From: Candidatus Bathyarchaeota archaeon
Lineage (GTDB): Archaea; Thermoproteota; Bathyarchaeia; Bathyarchaeales; Bathycorpusculaceae
Reading direction: 5' to 3'
DNA length: 64,000 nt
Assembly: GCA_963828195.1 (NCBI GenBank)
Contig: CAWHDT010000005.1
Location: 512,001 to 576,000, forward strand
Shown here: positions 60,810 through 64,000 of the stretch, one piece after another
Layout: each line of letters begins with the position of its first letter
How positions within the stretch are numbered: position 1 is the first letter of the stretch
Position numbers and translations under genes: made by a program
The notes under the pieces: generated by a model
The model's input: only the letters and a program-made list of their open reading frames with translations
The model's database searches: none
Told to the model about the DNA's origin: nothing

Positions 60810-61925
60810 TTATTGGAATCCTGAAAGTCTCTTATGCGCTTTAAGGAGGTCTTTAAACCAGTTGTAATTGCCAAGTGCGTCCCGTTGAGCTTCGTCGACG
60901 GCTACTATGCCTCTGCCGCTTGCACGCTTAGATTCAACGTCAGATCCTTCGTCTTCCGTGTCATCTTCGCCTTCGTCTTCTGGTTGAAGCTGTTTTGAGA
61001 GCTCGCTTATTTTCTTGCTCAAGCTCCGCTTTGTGGCTTTTTTTGCAACTTCGCCTTCAAGCTCGGCTACTTTACTCTTTAAAGCTTCAACTTCAGATTC
61101 GGAAGAATTTGTCTGCGTTATCTGCTTCTCAAGCTGCTGCAGCTGATCCATGAAATCTTCGTACGTCAACTTTTTCGGCGCTGATTCTCCTGGTGCAATG
61201 TTAACTATGCCTTGTGCCTGATATGGAGAAGCACCATACTGACCATTATGTTCAGACATGTGCCTCACCTCTCCTTTGCTTTTCAGATTATTTTTGTTTT
61301 CAGGTTCTTGCGGCCTTCGCCTAGAACCCACATCATCACCTGTGTAAACAAATGACTGCGAATCGGTAACTGACTTGAGAATAGCATCCCACTGCCCCGC
61401 GTTCATGGCAGCGAAAAAACCCACGGGGGCAAACGCTGTATCCTTGTACGCTGGACTTGCGACAATGCTTAATTCCCGAACCTTCGGCTTATGGATAATT
61501 TCCCATGCGCCAGGACACAAGTGCACAAGCATGCCTTCTTTGCGCGTTGGGCGCTTGCATTTGCTGCATTCAACATCTTCGCTGTCAAGCTGAATACTCA
61601 CATGCGTCACGTAGCTGCGAAGTATTTTCTCAATCAGCTTTTCTTCCCCGACTTCAGCGCGGAAAAGAACCTGATCGCCTTCACGCTTAGCCTCAGAAAC
61701 TTTCCCCACAACCATCAACGCACTCTCCGCATGATCCACACGCAACTGAGCACCAGCAAGGCTTGAAGCGACAAAATCCAAGTCTTCACTTGGAACCTGC
61801 CACTTATTCGCGTTAACACTCGTGTCGATGGCTACACCCTCGATGTTCACGAGTTTCTCGTGCAGCGCGTACTGAGCGCTCACGCCTTCCTGAGCCTTAA
61901 AAGGCACAAAATAACGTAGTTGCAT
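60810..61925 (-). CDS. Prohead protease-scaffold fusion
   Basis: LRVDH...VGKV, HVSI and ELSIVASPAY; coiled-coil acidic C-terminus. Confidence 0.85.
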   Translation of the reverse strand: MQLRYFVPFKAQEGVSAQYALHEKLVNIEGVAIDTSVNANKWQVPSEDLDFVASSLAGAQLRVDHAESALMVVGKVSEAKREGDQVLFRAEVGEEKLIEKILRSYVTHVSIQLDSEDVECSKCKRPTRKEGMLVHLCPGAWEIIHKPKVRELSIVASPAYKDTAFAPVGFFAAMNAGQWDAILKSVTDSQSFVYTGDDVGSRRRPQEPENKNNLKSKGEVRHMSEHNGQYGASPYQAQGIVNIAPGESAPKKLTYEDFMDQLQQLEKQITQTNSSESEVEALKSKVAELEGEVAKKATKRSLSKKISELSKQLQPEDEGEDDTEDEGSDVESKRASGRGIVAVDEAQRDALGNYNWFKDLLKAHKRLSGFQ

Positions 61926-61960
61926 TTTTCAAAAATCACCTATTACCATAATTTATGCTG

Positions 61961-62272
61961 TTACTCGACGTTTGAGATTTTCATATAGGCATTGACAAAT
62001 CGGCGGCGCCATTCATCCCAGGCGCGGAAGTCAAGCAGCGTCCGGATTTCCGCTTTCAAATGCTGGTCAAGCCATTTCCGCACCGACTCCGCATCTTTGA
62101 AGGCTCCTTTCTCGAACATGTAATTTTGGATTTCCCAGCGGGCTGAGCCACGGATTTTTCCAAGCGTCACCTTGACGCCGCTGCCAAGTTCTTTAACGCG
62201 GAATTTTTCAAACTTCTCTGGGTCAGCCACACGGTAGCGCCAAACCGTCGTTCCCTCTTCTAGCCCCGGCAT
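61961..62272 (-). CDS. Hypothetical head morphogenesis protein
   Basis: RYRVADPEKFEKFR...IQNYMFEK; lies between portal and protease. Confidence 0.65.
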   Translation of the reverse strand: MPGLEEGTTVWRYRVADPEKFEKFRVKELGSGVKVTLGKIRGSARWEIQNYMFEKGAFKDAESVRKWLDQHLKAEIRTLLDFRAWDEWRRRFVNAYMKISNVE

Positions 62273-62273
62273 G

Positions 62274-63671
62274 TTATTCTCCTCGCTCTTGTCCTTGGTT
62301 TATCTGTTCCATGACACCTTTCACGGTTTGCTCCACAATTTTCTGACCTTCACTTTTGGGTTTAGGCTTAAGCGTTGGCAACCCTTGGTCCTTTGGTTCT
62401 GCTGGGTACCCGAGTTGCATGCGGGCTTCGGCGATGCTTATTATGCCGTTTTGCACCAGGTCGCTGATGTACTTGGCTTTATCCTCTATGGGGGCTTCCC
62501 AAATTGGCCGCCACGTGATCTTGGGAATTTCAAAGCCCACACCAAACGCGTGTTCTATTAGCTGTTTAAACAGGACAGTTTCCAATATGTCACCGATGAT
62601 CTCCTGCATCATCCGCAACCGGGTAACGTACTCCTGCATGCATATTTCAGCCGTAGCGCGGTTGGTGCTTTCGCTTTCTCCAAGAAAAATCTTCGGCACC
62701 CCAAGGACCGCTTCCCGCTGCTTGTAGAGGTAGTCAAGCCAGAACTGGATGTTCACGTCTTTGGTTAGGCTTGGAATGACGTCAACGGCGACGTCGCCGC
62801 GCACAAACACGTCGGTGGCTGGTTTGCGGGTGCTGAAAGCCTCCATAAGCGACTGCAACTGGGCATCGCTGAATGGTCTCTCGGGCGTGCCTGCTTTCAC
62901 AACAAGCATCGGCTTAGTATAAGTGTGGCAGATAACGGAGAGGTCATCTTCAAGTTGATCCAGCAGCGCCTGAACCTTAAGCAGCGGCCTAAGCAGGCTT
63001 GTGCCGTAGCTGCTCTCATACCACCAGCTTTTCGCGCCCCAGCGAAAATGCACCATATCCTGAGCAGCAAAAACAACCGGCGGCACAGTGAGAAGCTGAA
63101 TGTACCCGAAAATGTCTCCGTACTCGTTATGGCGTACGCGCATGTGGACGGGGTCAAGAGGCTTAAGCCATGTAACCTCGCCGTTGGTTTCGTCTCGGCA
63201 GATTTCTAAGAAAGCGTTTCCGAACACAAGCATGTCCGACGCAACGATGCGCAGGGTTTGCAGGATGTTTTGTTCGTCAAGCCAATCCGTGAGCCACCCG
63301 CGAACGTTGTCGGTTCCGCCGTTTAGCTCGAAACCGTTGCTTATGGCGAGGTTAACGGTGACATCGACCGCCGCCTTGATGTACGGAGTAAACGTGTACA
63401 GATCCTTGTACTTGGGCAGGTCCTCGATTGGCGTTGCGCCCCAGATGCGATCCATGTAGGCCGTGTAGGGCGGCGTAACGAAGCCTGCGCCTGAACCTTT
63501 AAGCATGTACCGTGAAACGTAGCCGTAGAGCATGTCATCTTTCTTCCAGCTAAGAGGCACCTCCTCCTCAATCTGGCGCCTGCTAACGTCCTGCGGAACA
63601 TCCCGTTCAGCAGAAAACCTGCTCTTTACGGTTTGGAAGCTTTTGCGGATTTTTTGTGAGACAAAACTCAT
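62274..63671 (-). CDS. Portal protein
   Basis: DMLVFGNAFLEI, LKPLDP, YGTSLL, VLGVPKIFLG and GIISIAEARMQLGY motifs. Confidence 0.92.
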   Translation of the reverse strand: MSFVSQKIRKSFQTVKSRFSAERDVPQDVSRRQIEEEVPLSWKKDDMLYGYVSRYMLKGSGAGFVTPPYTAYMDRIWGATPIEDLPKYKDLYTFTPYIKAAVDVTVNLAISNGFELNGGTDNVRGWLTDWLDEQNILQTLRIVASDMLVFGNAFLEICRDETNGEVTWLKPLDPVHMRVRHNEYGDIFGYIQLLTVPPVVFAAQDMVHFRWGAKSWWYESSYGTSLLRPLLKVQALLDQLEDDLSVICHTYTKPMLVVKAGTPERPFSDAQLQSLMEAFSTRKPATDVFVRGDVAVDVIPSLTKDVNIQFWLDYLYKQREAVLGVPKIFLGESESTNRATAEICMQEYVTRLRMMQEIIGDILETVLFKQLIEHAFGVGFEIPKITWRPIWEAPIEDKAKYISDLVQNGIISIAEARMQLGYPAEPKDQGLPTLKPKPKSEGQKIVEQTVKGVMEQINQGQERGE

Positions 63672-63727
63672 TTTTTACTACACCTTAAGTAATATTATTT
63701 TTTGATAAGATTTTGTTTCAACGTTAC

Positions 63728-64000
63728 TCAGCCTGTAAGATTTGGGGAAGATGGGGAGCTGCATTCAAGGTTAAGTCTTTGGGCAGACATGTTCAGAACG
63801 GGTTGCTTGCAAGCAATGCGGGTAATGTCTGCTTGCCTGCTCCACCGTACCTCAACACGTTTGCTCATGTCTCGCAGAAGAATAGCCTGGTACTCTTTGA
63901 CCTGAAATCCAAAAAATTCTTGCGCGAAAAGTACTGGATCTTCAGGCACAATTATGCTCAGGAGAGCTGTTTCAGGTGCCTTCTGACTTTCTTGGTGACC
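63728..64000 (-). pseudogene. Terminase large subunit N-terminal remnant
   Basis: DPVLFAQEFFGFQVKEYQAILL...VRWSRQA, then the Walker A GKT is lost and the ORF ends 57 nt before the portal. Confidence 0.75.

Larger units (their letters stand above)
41397..64000 (-). mobile_element. Head-tail (siphovirus-like) provirus morphogenesis module; boundaries not defined, extends beyond window
   Basis: Canonical order terminase-portal-protease-cement-MCP-adaptor-tail completion-tube-TAC-TMP-Dit-tail tip. Confidence 0.9.

Noticed and set aside
63780-63835. Second BHB intron in the terminase (GCAGACAT/ATGTCTGC stem, TTGCTTGCAAGCAA palindrome)
   Set aside because: No 4-bp helix with 3-nt bulges, and no room for the rest of TerL before the portal.
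17-63905. Numerous antisense or shifted ORFs in the track (e.g. 1581-1883, 27988-28623, 58149-58544)
   Set aside because: Shadows of well-supported genes with no recognisable motifs.

Overview
Archaeal chromosomal window, most likely class Bathyarchaeia (inferred from gene content and protein style). Bases 1-33.5 kb are mostly housekeeping: rpl10-rpl1-rpl11-spt5-secE, dtdA, argF, ilvC, ArsB-type permease, ThiF/MoeB, DNA ligase, ABC exporter, thrC, pdxST, MgtA-type P-ATPase, radical SAM and GT2. This part is interrupted by a small island with TA modules (4.3-8.8 kb) and a decayed viral tail relic (24.7-25.9 kb). 33557-39607 is a cargo-carrying IS6-family transposon with terminal inverted repeats and an 8-bp TSD. 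From about 41.4 kb to the end lies the minus-strand morphogenesis module of a head-tail provirus (portal, protease/scaffold, cement, HK97-type MCP, tail genes, tape measure), with many inserted cargo genes and a degenerate terminase. Main finding: the MCP gene is interrupted by a 27-nt, stop-containing insert that folds into a canonical bulge-helix-bulge motif. Removing it at the standard EndA cut sites restores a 301-aa capsid protein, which suggests a viral pre-mRNA intron spliced by the host tRNA-splicing machinery.
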